A stretch of 64,000 nt of DNA from Podarcis tiliguerta (taxonomy: Eukaryota): assembly GCA_965153285.1 (NCBI GenBank), contig OZ229117.1; one strand, given 5' to 3'. Shown in pieces: positions 27,360-40,250 of the stretch (positions within the stretch are counted from its first letter, which is position 1; each line of letters begins with the position of its first letter). The position numbers and the translations under genes are program-made. A model generated the notes under the pieces. The model searched no databases, was not told where the DNA came from, and saw nothing but the letters and a program-made list of their open reading frames with translations.

Positions 27360-27580
27360 CTTAAGACAGCAAGCTGACATATTCGGCTGCGGTTTTTTTG
27401 GGGGGGGGGGTTGCTGCTTTTGCTGAATCAGTTCATGGGTCCCAGCTAGCTCAGGGAGAGTCCAAGGTCTCTCTGGCAGAGATCTTTCCCAGCTTTTCTG
27501 CCCGAAACCCTTAAAAAAAGGGGGGGAGATGCAAAGAGACCGAACCCTGGGACCTTCTGCGCGCTTAACGAGGCAGAATT
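27360..27580 (-). mobile_element. Degenerate tRNA-derived SINE with CR1-type tail (Squam3-like)
   Basis: Reverse B-box-like GACCGAACCCTGGGACCTTCTGC and GCTGAATCAG...CCCAGCTAGCTCAG tail. Confidence 0.5.
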
Positions 27581-28224
27581 AGAAGGCCACTCATCCTACG
27601 CGGGGATCAAACCCACAGATTTTCAGACTGAATTAACTCCCCTGACAGGCCCTCATTAGATCCGGAACGTCACCGGCGCTTCCTTTCACAAGTCAATCAC
27701 CTGTACATATTTCACTGCATCCTCCCTCCCCCGCTCACCCCTGTATACTTTCGCCTTTCTTCCCGGTCCCACCTGTCACCAAATCCATCAGGTGGAACTT
27801 ATGCCAAATGTAGAGGCTTTGCCCAAATCGCCTGCGTTCAGGAAACATCCGTCCCTCACTTGGAAAAGTTACTTTCAGTTAAATTCTTAGAGGGCAGATT
27901 TCCGCTTCCCCTCCCCCCTTTCCCCTTTTAAGAGTGGTGGTGGAAGGAATGTACTCTAAATATGTCTTTTGTTATGGGTCTCCGCCCCAACCCACATTTC
28001 CTTCTGTCGGCTCCACTTTGCCATCAAAATGAATAAATAAAATGATTTGTATTTTTTTTAAAAAAACAACTCTATGCTTTGATTAAATACCGATATTTGA
28101 CAAAGGGGCATCTGCATTTTTATACTTAATCCCGTGGGTTGACCGGCTTCTCCCGCTTCCCCTAATTAAAAAAAAAAAAAAAGTTCTTCGCATTGAGTAA
28201 TAATATAATACTACTAATCGTAAT

Positions 28225-28912
28225 CGTAATTCAATAGGCATAAAAATTTAATTTAAACTTGTATATATATATATAGATAGATTTTAAAACTATGAAACAA
28301 TTTGGGAAAAGACACAGAAATGTATATATATATATTTATATATATATATTTATATTTTATATTACCAAAAAAACCAACATTGATGGCTGTACAGGCGGTT
28401 GGATTTCATAATTTACTTCAAAGATAGTGTTACCGATTTAAATACAAAAAAGCTACATTAAATATACAGAATAACATTTCATACAAATTGTTTCTGCCTT
28501 CCCCCGCCCTCCCCATGTGGGTATTTTCCCCCTCTTCCCGCACTTCCTGCACTTTTTACCTTAAGACATTATTATTATAATTATTATTTCTCCTCCGAAG
28601 AGCTTCTTACTTTCTGCTTTCTCAAATAAATTATACCACTGATTTTGGAAATTGGAGTGGTCTGGGTTTCTCTCTCTCCCTCTTTTTCTTGCTTTCCTCT
28701 TTCCTCACTTAGTTCTCTCTTTTTTTAATTAAAAAAGAAACCTCTGCCAAAATCAAGTCTGAATTGGTTGTAAATAAATTAAAACCAACAACAATAAAAA
28801 AGCAGAAAGAAATAGACAACATACAAAATTAAAAAGAAAAGACAAATCAAGGGAGAGGGGATAGTCCGGTCGTGGATGACGAAGAGGGTTTAATCTGGGA
28901 AGAAACTCAAGA
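28225..28912 (-). other. IRX5: IRX5 3' UTR with candidate ATTAAA polyadenylation signal at 28252-28247
   Basis: AU-rich sequence after the stop codon. ATTAAA hexamer on the minus strand with T-rich sequence further downstream. The cleavage site is inferred. Confidence 0.6.
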
Positions 28913-29700
28913 TTAAATATGCGACATACCTTTCTTCAGTTCGTAAGGCGAGTCTTTACTAAGATCAAACTGGGACTGGCTTCTGAGGATTTTAGTTTCT
29001 TTAGCCAAGGCTTCCGCTCTGTTCAAAATAGTCTGGTTTAATCCGTTAAAATGGGGGCTGGGGTTCCCCGCCGTCGCCGCGTTGCCGGAGAGGTGTCCGA
29101 AAGAGCTGTAGTTCGTGTAACCCGGGTAAAAGGGGCTGGTGGTGTAATAGAGGGGCCGCGAGAGGACCGAGGCGCCATTGGGGAAAGGGCAGTGCGTGGA
29201 GGAAGGCGACCGCGCCGTCGGGGATTGCGCCGAGCCGGCTCCGGCTAAACTCGGAGCCTGCGGGGCCGCCTCGCCGCTGCCCTCCTTCGATTTGTCCGCT
29301 GAGGTGGCGATCTCCGCCAAAGACCACAGTTTAGGCTTGGAAAGGGCCCCGGCTCCCGCCGCCGCCTGAGGAGCCGCCTGGGGCGAGTGGATCACCGACG
29401 TCCCGTTGCTGGAAGGCAGGAGGGGGTGCAGGTCCGTCGAAGGGGGTCTGTACTGGGCGGGCAGCGGGTGGGCCGGCTGCGGGTCCTCTCCTCCGGCCGG
29501 GTGCAGCTGCTGGTGCGCTTGGAGAAGGAGGCGGCCCGCTGCAGCAGCAGCCGCTGCCGCCGGCAGACAATGGGCCAAAGGCGGCGAGGCCCCGGGGCCT
29601 CCTTTAGACAGCGCCTCGTCGGGGGCTTCTTTACAATCCGAGTCGCTCAACGCGCCGTCGGTTTCTTTGCCGGCCGCGCCTCCCTTCGGGTCTCCAGCAC
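28913..29700 (-). CDS. IRX5: IRX5 coding exon 3 (788 nt including TAA), contains the IRO box
   Basis: TTGTCCTCAG acceptor at 29703-29701, phase compatible with exon 2. IRO box KPKLWSLAEIATS at 29338-29300. C-terminus SPYELKKGMSHI* is typical of IRX5. Exons sum to 1443 nt (480 aa). Confidence 0.96.
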
Positions 29701-30025
29701 CTGAGGACAAGGGCAGAGGGAGGGCGACACACAGTCCTTGAGGCCTCTCTGGAGCCCGATCCGCGGACTTCCTACCCACCCCGTCGAGTCCCAGGAAGGG
29801 GAAAAAAACACCTTCCCAAAGCGCGCCTTATAAACTACTCTGGAACCAAGGTTTTCTGGGGACGAATCCAGACAGTTCCTATTTCCCCCTCATGGCCGTT
29901 TCAGCCCCATTAAGTCTAGCGATCCCCCGCTCCTCCCTCGCCCCAGACTGACCCCCTTGCCAAAAAGCGTACAACCCAGTTCACCTCCCCAAATCCCTCT
30001 CCTCTCATCTCCACCGGCCGCTTAC

Positions 30026-30431
30026 CTATCTCGATAGCCTCCAGATCGCCCTTCTCCTCCAGCTTCTGTGGCTCCTCCTCGTCGTTCTTCTCCAAGTCGA
30101 TGTTCTCCTCTTCCTCCTCGTCTTCGCTCCGGTTCCGGGGTGTCCAGGTCATTTTATTCTCCTTTTTGAGGCGCCGCCGGGCGTTGGCGAACCAGGTGGA
30201 GACCTGCGTGAGGGTCATCTTGGTGATGATGGCCAGCATGATCTTCTCGCCTTTGGTGGGGTAAGGGTTTTTCCGGTGCTCGTTCAGCCAGGCCTTGAGG
30301 GTGGCCGTGGCGTCCCGGGTGGCGTTTTTCCGGTAGGCCGGGTCGCCGTAGGGGTAGGATCCCAAGGGAGCCGCGTAAGGGTGGTACCCCAAAGAGCCGG
30401 CCATGCCGGGGGTGTGGTCGTAGGGCGAGCC
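30026..30431 (-). CDS. IRX5: IRX5 coding exon 2 (406 nt): TALE homeodomain and acidic tract
   Basis: Pyrimidine tract and CAG acceptor at 30434-30432. Encodes [19 protein letters not shown]...[63 protein letters not shown] and [16 protein letters not shown]|GTAAG donor at 30025, phase 1. Confidence 0.98.
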
Positions 30432-32312
30432 CTGGAGGAAGGAGAAGGAGAGGCAGAAGCGTCGCCTGAGGTGAGAAGGAGACCTCCTAAAAAATCATTC
30501 TTGAAATCCGTATCTCTGAGAAATCAAACCATCTCCCTCCCGTTTGAAAGGGTCCTCTCCACAATACGTGGTTGTACCCCTATCTCCATAACAGACTCGG
30601 CCTAAAAGTTGGCGTGTCACCATACCTGGGGGTGGGAGTAAAAATAAGTCTTTCCTAAGCTAAACACGAGTTGCCCACCGGTGTCTGAATGCGACCAGAA
30701 AGTGTATCTCACCCACCCACTTCCATCTCTGCCAAATTACCAAGCTATAAACAGTAACAAATTACACCTCAGCCTCCTCCCCTTCTAATTGAACGCAACC
30801 TTTTACACAAACCCACACACACCCTTTCCCCCCCCCCTTTCACTTGGAAGCATGACAGTGTCTAGACAGATAGCAAGCTCTGCCTCCATGACCCACCCCC
30901 CACTCCCCAGGGGGAATTTTCCCGACAATAAGCCTTAAACCGAAATATTCGGATTCAACTCTATTCCAGCCCAAGTGTTTCCAAGAGGCCTAACTCGCGT
31001 TCTTTTTTAAGAAGCTGCGTTATTTAGATTGGAAATGTAACTAGAAGAAGTAGTTCAAGCATGGAAGAGGAAGCCCTTTAGTTTTGGCTTTGTTTAGTTT
31101 CAGGAGGGAATAACCACTTTATTCGCTTTCTCTTTGTAGATTTATTGAGCTACTGAAAGCGTTTCTTTTACATAACTTCTGGACAGATGTTTCCAGATGT
31201 ATTCCATACTGCCTGAGATTATTGTGGAAGGGGTAGGTACATTAAAAAAAAAAAAGATATTGAAACTTCAAAAAAATATTTTTGTACCTACTCTAATCAT
31301 CATCTTCATCATCATCAGACTGTCAGTCGGCTTCCTGAGATGGGAATTATAGCTCTGCAATATTTGGGGAGCCCGATTAAGACGGCAGGGTAATGGCAAG
31401 GGGCAGAAGGGTCACCCCCTTATTCAGCTTTTCTTTGGGGCATCTAAACTGCCGGATTTGACTTGAATTAAAACATCTGAAAATCGTCCTGGAGAGTGTA
31501 TGTGTATGTATAGACACGCATCTTCACTGAGAATCTAACTCTCATACGCTTTTCTAAATTAAAATGAAAAGGCACAAACGGACAGCCTCGCTCGTCTTAG
31601 CCCCTTCAAGATCAAAGCTGTGTCCCTAATCACACACTGACCCGGAGTCACTTTGCGGGGTTGACTTCCGAGCAAACACGCTTAGGATCGCCGTGCTGTG
31701 CTGCTGCGTGGCGACCTGGCGTACTTTTACTCGCGCGTAAACAGCCGCCGAGGATCGTGGCGCTGCCCGGCTTCCTTGGGAGCAAAAGTGGGGCTAACTA
31801 CGGAGTAAAACCAGATCGCGCTGCAGCTCCCGTCCAACTCTGTATTTGGGGGGGGGGGGCAGGGGGTGCTAATAGTCCAGAGTTAAACCAGCGAGGAGAA
31901 AGACGCTGGCCGGCTGCAGGTTTTCTTGCGAGAGAAATGTCCCATTGATCTCCGCTCAGGAATCCTTCGTCCTGCAACCGATTTCTTTTTAAGAAAATGC
32001 GGTAGGCTAACCATCCACTGAGGAGCTGCGGCCATGGAAGGTGCCAAAATCCACGGGCAGCTTTTCTTTCCTGCACCCCTCCCTCTGCACTTCATCTTTC
32101 CCCACTTTACCTGCCGCTTTCGTCTATGGTTACAGCCTGCAAACCCTCCAAGCTCCAGCCCCCTGGGTTATCTCCACAACTCCCCAATAACACCCGCCCC
32201 GCCAAGTCTTCGTCCCTGAGCTCTGGTTCCATCCCTCTCTCGGTCTCCTCCTTTCCCCACAAGCGGCCGGCGTGGAGGAGGAGGAAGAGGGCGACCCGAG
32301 CGCTTCCCTTAC

Positions 32313-32561
32313 CACGTAAGAGGAGAAAGCGGCTGCGGCCGCGGCCGCCGGATCAGCGCCGTACTGGAGGTGTGAGTTGTAACCCGGCGAGGGCGCGCTG
32401 AAGGCGGTGGAGCCGGCGTAAGGAGAGAAAGCCGAGCCGGACGACGATCTTCCCAGCTCATCCGTCCTGGGGCCGGAGATCACGCTGGTGCTGTACGCCG
32501 GGCAGGAGTAGAGCGCCAAGGAAGCCGACGGCTGGTACAAATAACCCTGAGGATACGACAT
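32313..32561 (-). CDS. IRX5: Iroquois homeobox protein 5, coding exon 1 (83 codons, phase 0)
   Basis: ATG at 32561 in GCCATGT context. Translates [51 protein letters not shown]...[12 protein letters not shown], the characteristic IRX5 N-terminus. Followed by a GTAAGG donor (plus-strand ac at 32311-32312). Confidence 0.97.
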
Positions 32562-33850
32562 GGCCAGAGGCAGGCATATACCCGCCAGGCAGCGAGCGCA
32601 GAGCCACCACCGCCGTCGCCAGGAACTGCGTCCGTCCTCCCTCCCTGCCTCCCTCTCTCCCGGGCGCCCTGTGCTTTTCTCTCTACGGCGAGCGTCGTCG
32701 AGGTCTGCCTCCGAGGGTGCTTCTGCAAGCCGGGGCTAGCGGGCTCGACGCGCGCGCCCTCCTTCGCCGCCTCTCCAGTGCAGCCGAGCTGAGCTTGGAC
32801 GCACTCCGGCGAATGGCTCCCTTCTTCTTTTCTCCCCTCCTCTTCCTCCTCCCCCTCTTCTCCTACTCCTTCGCCTTATCTCTCTGCCTCCCTCCTTTGG
32901 ACGGAGAAGGGCGCTTTCTCTCTCTCCCACCCCACTTTCCTTTGCGCGCTCCGCCAAAAGGTCCGGCCAAGACGCGAAGTTGGAAATCGAGGATTCTGAC
33001 GCCTGCGACGCAGCGCGGCCGAAGCTCCACCTTCCGCGGGTGTTGGCAAAGCAAAAAGGAAAAAAAAAAGTGGGGGGGGGGGGGAGAGAAAAGAAGAGGG
33101 GGAGGGAAACGAGAGAGAGAGAGAGGAGGAGGAGGTTGGCTCCTGCTGGGCTTGCCACAACCAAAGCCAACCAGCCAGAAAACCTCTCTTTTTCCCAGCC
33201 CCTCTCCCTCTCCCTCTCTCTCTCTCAAGCTCAACTGCGCCGGCCTCTGGTTGGCAATCAACAGCCAAGCTGTTTAGCGAAGATCACCTCCAACTTTCTT
33301 CATTTGCTAAATACACCATCAGCGCAATTTCTCTTTTGATTTATAGCGAGGAGCTTTTGCGCTCTCTCTCTCGCTCTCTCTCTCTGGCTCCCTGCGCAGG
33401 AATGCAAAAGGCACTCAGTTGATGAAATAGATTTCATAACAAGATTTAGTAGCCATTAAAACACACACACACGGGGGAAATAAAATCATGAATCGATGCT
33501 TCCCGAGTAAACATTTGAAAAAAGAGCAGTTAATGTGAGGGTTTTGTTTTTGTTTCTTAAACTATCTGCAGAGAAGAGATGCAAGAAGATAACTTCTGTT
33601 CCACACAGTTGCTTCGCGATCCTGCTTCTCTTGTCGCTCTTATTATTGTTGTTGTTGTAGCACATATTACTACTGGATGTTGGTGAGCCACCTGGCCCTT
33701 TACTCACGAGGAATCCAGCTGTGGATTTCCTCTCCTCCCGCCGCTCACTCAGCACCACCCCCTCCCCTTTCGAGAGCAGCAACTGCGGGTTAAACGGATT
33801 GGGCCAGCCGCTTGACACTTAGCGAGGGGGCTTAACGAGTCCTCCGCAGC
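32562..33850 (-). promoter_or_regulatory. IRX5 5' UTR and proximal promoter within a CpG island
   Basis: Very GC/CpG-rich. Minus-strand TATAAA at 33345-33340 would place a TSS near 33310. CCAAT at 33802-33798. GA-rich tracts. Confidence 0.6.
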
Positions 33851-36800
33851 CTGCTTAAAGCAGCGTGCTGGAGCTTGAAACGTTTTGGGGATGGCTGGGG
33901 TTGAGAAGCCTGCGTGGGTGCCGCGCGGATCGCACCGTTCGGCCTGCTTGGCTCAGGGCGGCGCCAAACGCCTGGAGGCGCGCGGACTGGCAGGCCAGCT
34001 CACACGCTTTGGGGATCGCGGAGACATACACGAGCGAGCCATATTTTGCCAATTAGTTTTGTGTTTTGGCAGCCCGGAGTCGAGTTTGGGAGCAGGCTTT
34101 TGGATTGAACTGGGGACGGGAGGCGGGATGAAAACTCAACTAAATATTTCTTTTCGGGGGAGTGGGGTGGCGGAAGGACATGTCCTAGTCTTTTCTCCCA
34201 ACCTACCTCTCCGGGTTGCTGTGAGGAATACCGCACTCTCCCTGTGTGTCCCAACTGGTTTACTGTGGATAAGTATCACGGATTCATTCCGCTCGACATT
34301 AATAAGAGAAGTATAGGCAGCGAACGCACAGCCGCGTACTCGTGCGTAAAGGTCGATGAAGGCCAATGGAACAACTCAAAGGTGCCCAAACCAAGGGATC
34401 GACGTCGCGTCGCTCCATTCCCTCCCTGGTCATCTTAGCGGGCTGTTCTTTGGTGCAATTGTAGCATACCTGTTGTTACATGCGGAACCAAAGGGCACAG
34501 GGCAAGCGCCCCCTCAGATGCTGGGGAGATGTTTGTAAATGTGTATGTTTATTTAATACGCACAAAGAATCCAAGGTGGGCGTTTTAAAACTGTTGTGAT
34601 AATAGGGGCAATTTCTTACCTCCCGCCATCAGCCTCCTTGGGATGGAGAAAAATGCGCGCGCGGGGGGGAGGGGAGAAAAGTGGGGTGGGGTACGATGGG
34701 AGAGACCTGCCTGCTGAAAGAGGTTTGTGCAGAACATCTGAAAGAATAAGCCAGGTATCTTTACTACACGCCCCATTTAAAACTCATAAAAGGATAGAAG
34801 AGAAAGCAGATTAAAAACATATGGGCCAGGGGGAAATCCACAGCGATCGTAGGATGTAATCGCCTTTGATTCCAGCAGATATATAGCCCAGCAGGAAGAT
34901 ACCTTCACTTGTAGGAAGAGACCCTCACTCCACCTCTTTTTGGGCGGGGGGGGGGAGGTGGAGATGGGGCTTCGCTTCTGTGAGGTGCCTCCGCATCACC
35001 TTGTGGGTGTTTTCTGTCTTCCAAGTGCACTCTGTATCCATCTCGACGCCGGCTGATGAGCGTTCGAAGTTTCCTCTCGGGATCCACAGACAATGACACA
35101 CACACACACAGAGCCAGCCACAATACAAACACGTTAGCATGCCTGCATCTGTCCATACAGCACATAATCTCAGCCCCCCTCTTGGCGAAATTCCTGCCCG
35201 GCTTGCTGATTTTTTTTTTAAGGGTGCACAGGGGGGGTGGGTCTGGAATGGGGTTTCTTTCCTATAGCTCTGGTCTGGTGCCCATTGCATGTGTCCTCCT
35301 TTCCGCGGAGGTCGTTCTTGCCAGATTGCGGCCGCTCTTTCAGCCACTTACTTAGATGAAATACACAAGCAGAGTGTCAGTTTCAAAGCCACGGCAGCAG
35401 CCGCCGCCGCCAGAGGAGCGATGATCGCCCTCCGCTTTTGGTCTTGAAAACTCCGAAGCGGGGAGAACTTTGGTAAAAGCAGCGGAGAAGCGTAAGGCTG
35501 AATTCGGCGCCTCTTGTAGCTTGCTTGCTTCTTTTACACACTGGAGACGCGGGAGACATTGGGTTTAAAGAAAAAAATGGCAAGACCCAGAGAGGGGATA
35601 GATTGGAGCGGGTCGGGGAGGCGGCTTAGCTGAGAAAAGCAAATTTCTCCAGACTGGCTCTGAACAGTGGGTACCCATCTGTCAACTAACCGGCTCTTTC
35701 CTTCTGAAATTGAAGGATCTAGGAATGTTCTAAATTTCTGACCCCCAGATTCACTCGCGAGCTAGTTCCATTGAAATCTGCCAGAACCATCTTCTTCTCA
35801 AGTACTGTATGTGTCTTTTCGGGAGGGTTTTTAGAAAAGAAAGAAAGAAAGAATTGTAAGTTAATAAGCTTGCTGATTATTTAAACTCACCCGGGAAAGA
35901 GTAGCTCTGCAGTCCACAGACCAGTGATTTTTATTTTATTTTAACTGTGTAATTGCGGAGAGGAAAGGGGGGCGACTCCCAGGCTGCAAGCCCATGCTCT
36001 TGGGACCTAAGACCCATGGAGCAAAATGAGGCTCGCTTTCAGGCAAACGTGTGTAGGTTTGAGGTGCTGCTCCCCAGGAATAATCTCCGGCTCCGCGCAC
36101 ACGTTGCAAGCAAGGCCCTAAGCTTGTCTTACTCCGGAGTAAGTCCTGTTGAATTCAATGGGGTCTCTCCAGGATTACCACGCTGCGCTTTTCTTGCACC
36201 CCATCTACTCCCCCCTCTCCTCGCCTCATTTCCACCCCCCGCACCTCCACTGCCTGCATGTAATGGTCAAATTATGCCCATGAGGGGGCAACCCGCAACC
36301 CAGTTGAACCGAATGTCTTCCAACCATTGACTTCTCTGGCACCGAGTTATCTGCACATGTTGTTTTTTCGTGGAAGACAAAGCAATGCCAAAACTTCAGG
36401 GGGCGGGAGGATTCCTCCCCCCATCCATTCTGTTGAAATCTCTCGGAGAAAGAGGTGGTGGACTTCTTTCTCTCAGTGCCTTGACTTGTAGTTGTTAACT
36501 CTTCGGGACAAAGGGAGGGGGACGACGAAGGAGGCGGGGAGCGGGGGAAGATCCTGTCATGCAAATCCGGATTCAGAGCAAGCAAGTCTCCTGGGGTTTC
36601 TCCCCCTGCATATTTATCGATTTCTCTCTCTGATCGCTGCTGCTAATTCTTTTTATGCGTTTGAAGGGTGAATTCTTGACTGGAGGAAACGCCTGCTTTA
36701 AATAACAATAAGAGCAATCATATAATAAAAGAGCGCCGCGTCTTTTGGTGTGTGTTTATATGTTGTATGATTACGCCGTAATTAGACGGTCTTCAATATA

Positions 36801-37324
36801 AATTCGTGCTAAAATTTCCTTTCCTTTATTTTCTTATAATTGGAAAGAGGATTTCTAGGGGACACACGAAAATCCTCCAGAGAAGGTTGGGACTCGTTCA
36901 TTTTATTTATAGCTACGATATAGAACAGCTAGTCTACTCGGGAGTAAACTACGTTAAATTCAATGGAAACCGTGTAAGCTCATGTAGGGCGGCAATTCAA
37001 GCCTACGGAAGTAAATTTCCGGCTGCTAAGCTTGCTCATACGTCCCATGGGAGCAAATCCTATTGGACACGGTGGGACATACTCCTGAGTAAACAGGTGT
37101 ATAGGTTATGCTTTGTATTTTACTTTATTCCTCACGTGACTCACCTCTTTGGAGATTCCTTGAAGCCCTTCCAGGAAATGGAAGATGGGGGATAGATTCT
37201 GTGCTTCAGCCACCGGATCGCACAGGGTTCTTGCGTACCTTTAAAAACTGCACTATGCTGGTGGCGTTTTGTATGTGTGTGTTTGTAAAAAGTACCCCCC
37301 CACACACACGCTATAAAGCATTTC

Positions 37325-37497
37325 ATTGGGGCAGGGGCGGCATGATTTATATGCAAAGCGTCCCGGGTTCGGTTCCGACCTCTCTAAGCAGGGCTGGGAG
37401 AAAATCTTTGCTTGGAATTCTCAAGAGTCGCTGCCAGTCAGTGTCGACAATTCTAGGTTGGATGGACCAATATTCCTGGTATAAGGCAGCTTTTCGT
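37325..37497 (+). mobile_element. tRNA-derived SINE with CR1-type tail (Squam3-like)
   Basis: GTCCCGGGTTCGGTTCC B-box region, then CAGGGCTGGGAGA...GCTGCCAGTCAGTGT...GATGGACCAAT...GTATAAGGCAGCTT. Confidence 0.7.
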
Positions 37498-38964
37498 GGG
37501 TTTTGTATGTTTTCAGTTTTCCTCTCAGAGAATACATAACTGTCAAATTCGGAGTTCTATTTATTTTTCAGCCAGACCACCTGCAAAGTTTCGATCATTC
37601 CCACTGCTTGAGATATTAGCAGATAAATTGGAGTTGGAGTTGGGAGACTCTACCCACAAGAATTGTGTTAAGCAATTGGCCGCAAGAAGGAAAATCTCTC
37701 TCTCTCTCTATTTTTGCTGCCTCCTACTCCAATGAGAATTGGGTGCAACCGTCAGTTCGGTTTTATGCAGTGTAAATCCCAGACACGTAGTCTCCACAAA
37801 TGCAAACCCTGTTGAGCTCAACGGGGCACCTCTGACCCTCCAGATGTAGCTGGACTCCAACACCCATCAGCCCCGCTCCCGTATGGCCAATGATCAGGGA
37901 AGACGGGAGTTGTAGTCTAGCAATACCTGGGTGGGCAAATTACTCCGTCCCTGTATTGTATAGCCTTAGTGCACTGCAAACTCCCGTGGTCTGCGGTGCT
38001 TTTCCTCCGCCTTGGGAATCTGGGTCTTGATAAGCGCCGCAGCAGAGGCAAAACCGATTTTTAAACTGGGTTATTGTGCCGTGACACCCCCCACCCCATT
38101 AATCAGGGGTCCTGGGGGTGTAGTAAGAAGCGGCGAGACTGAAACATCAGGAAATGAAGAAGGAAATGGTGAAGAGGAGAGGAGCTGGCGGCGGGCAAAT
38201 CAAGAGAAACGGCAAAAAAAATCCCCGCCAAAGCAGCGTTCATTTTCCGCTAAGAGCACAGGTAACGTTTGGGACTACATTACCCAAACGCCTTTCTTCC
38301 AGCAAGTCCCTCCTATCTCTCTCTCTCTCTCCGCTTATTGGTGTTGGCCTTTGGCGTTCTGCCGGACGCGTCGTCCCGATTGGCGGAAAGAGCCTGCCAC
38401 TCGGCGTTGCTACAGAGACGTGAGTCAAACCTGGGCGAAGGCGCTATGGCCCCAGTGGACAGCTGCAGCCTCGCGCCCTGCTCGGGTTCTTTCCTGGCGC
38501 TTGCAAAGGAGGGATCCGGAGTGGAAAGGTGAGCAGGGGCTGGGCGGGTGGACTGGAAGGCAGGCAGGCAGGCAGACAGGCAGACATCCTCTAGGGGGAG
38601 GAGCAGAGCTGTGCATCCCCCCTTTGCAATGCTGTGGCTCGGGATACACCCCCTCCCTTCTCTCCGCTGATTAAGGTTTGGGGTAGGATAGCTCTACCTG
38701 CCTTAGCTCTTGTTCCTTGCTAAATTCCTTCTGGTTTTGCAGCACGCTGCAGGATGGGCTTAGCTTGCTTTTGATGTAACGATTGCAAAGCCATTCATTC
38801 ATTTTTTATTTAATTTTTTTGCATGGGGGCGGCGGCACTGGAAGAACGCAACCGTGGTGCTCAACGTTTTAAATAAAACAGATCATTATTAACTCAGTGT
38901 TCAAAGCGAGGTCGTCATATTTTCTCTTCTAAGATTCCCGGATCAGGTATTTGGGATACCCGTT

Positions 38965-38967
<3 letters not shown>

Positions 38968-39009
<42 letters not shown>

Positions 39010-39021
39010 TCTCTCTCTCTC
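38968..39021. repeat. (CT)n microsatellite
   Basis: Directly visible. Confidence 0.95.
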
Positions 39022-40250
39022 TGCCCCGGCTTCCCTGCTCGCTCCCCCCCCCCCCCCAGCAGAATAAGGGCTCAGCAAATTTGTGCATCGAGGTGGGTGG
39101 GGGAGAAGCAGAGCAACCCTATTGCACATTAGAGAGGTATCTTAATACGGATTAATTACCATCCCAGGCACCTGGAGCATATTTCGTGGTGGGTTTTCCT
39201 TTCGTGGCTGGTGGTTTCTGAAAGTTCTTAGTGATTGATTAAAATGGAATAGAAGTGTGTTCTCAGGTACAGTAAGGGGGTGTGTTTTGTAGACTGGTGA
39301 GCAAAGTGTCTCATTTGGAGTGGTTGTGAGTTGAGAACCCATGTGCCTGTGTGTTTCTTAACACTTCTTCAGGGGTTAATTTTGCATTTATCCTGGTGTG
39401 TGTGTGTGTGTGTGTGTCCTTATGGAGATGCTCCCCCAAAGTACCTGAAGAGGTGGGGCAGCCCCCACTTATCAGTTCCCCAGGCAGTAACTTATCTCTC
39501 TCCATTTCCACAGTCACTGTGGAGTGAGATGGAGTGGGGTGGGGGAACAAAACCAAACCCAAAACAAAATTGAAAAGCAGTTTATTGAACCATGATACTA
39601 AAATGATCAATGAAAGCAAGACAGATAAGGTTGTCTGCAGGCTGAGTTGTGTAAGGTTCTGTTTACATGTCTTTTCTTGAAGGACCTCATTCCTTCTTCT
39701 CATATTCTCCAGATGGCTACAATTTTCCTTCTTCAAGGTTTTGGTTGGTCCTCATCAAATGTATCCTCTGTGAGGTTTTGCAACTTGAGGCTTACCTGCA
39801 AAAAAGTCCCATGAATTGAAAAGGGGATTTCTTCTCAAGTATGTGTGTATTGGATTGCAGTCTTCACCTGCAATCCTACACACTATATACTTGAGAGTAA
39901 ATGCTGTGAAATCAATGGGACTTTCTTCCACTTTAGCACGGTTAGATCTGGGTGCACATCTGCTTCCTCAATATTAGTCATATTAAAGTGAATTGAATTG
40001 CTACAAACCCAGAACATGGTCCTCAGCTTTTCTTGGTTCAGAGTAATGCCAGCACAGAAATTGTGAATGACAGTTGTAAGTAATATTGCTGTATTCTCCT
40101 TAGTGAAAAGTTTAGCGTTGCAAATTAATATGCAACTATCAGTACACAGATATTGTGTTAAAATAACAGTGACACAGAACTGTTGCATTCCTGTGGTTAG
40201 CGATAGAAATGTAAATTCTTGGTATCTGAAAACTGCAAAATGTTAAAATA

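Larger units (their letters stand above)
8750..39250. promoter_or_regulatory. Broad CpG-retaining domain (methylation canyon/valley-like) around IRX5
   Basis: By eye, CG dinucleotides are frequent throughout, including in AT-rich parts, and become sparse outside. No long LINE or LTR seen inside. Edges approximate. Confidence 0.7.

Noticed and set aside
29701-30025. ORF-track extensions of IRX5 exons 2 and 3 into this interval
   Set aside because: This is intron 2 with canonical GT-AG ends and matching phase.
32717-33339. Several overlapping 119-186 aa ORFs on both strands
   Set aside because: Low-complexity GC/GA-rich leader sequence with mostly non-ATG starts; expected by chance.
38012-38674. 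220-aa plus-strand ORF
   Set aside because: Starts at TTG with no internal Met, lies in GC-rich island sequence with simple repeats, and shows no recognisable domain.
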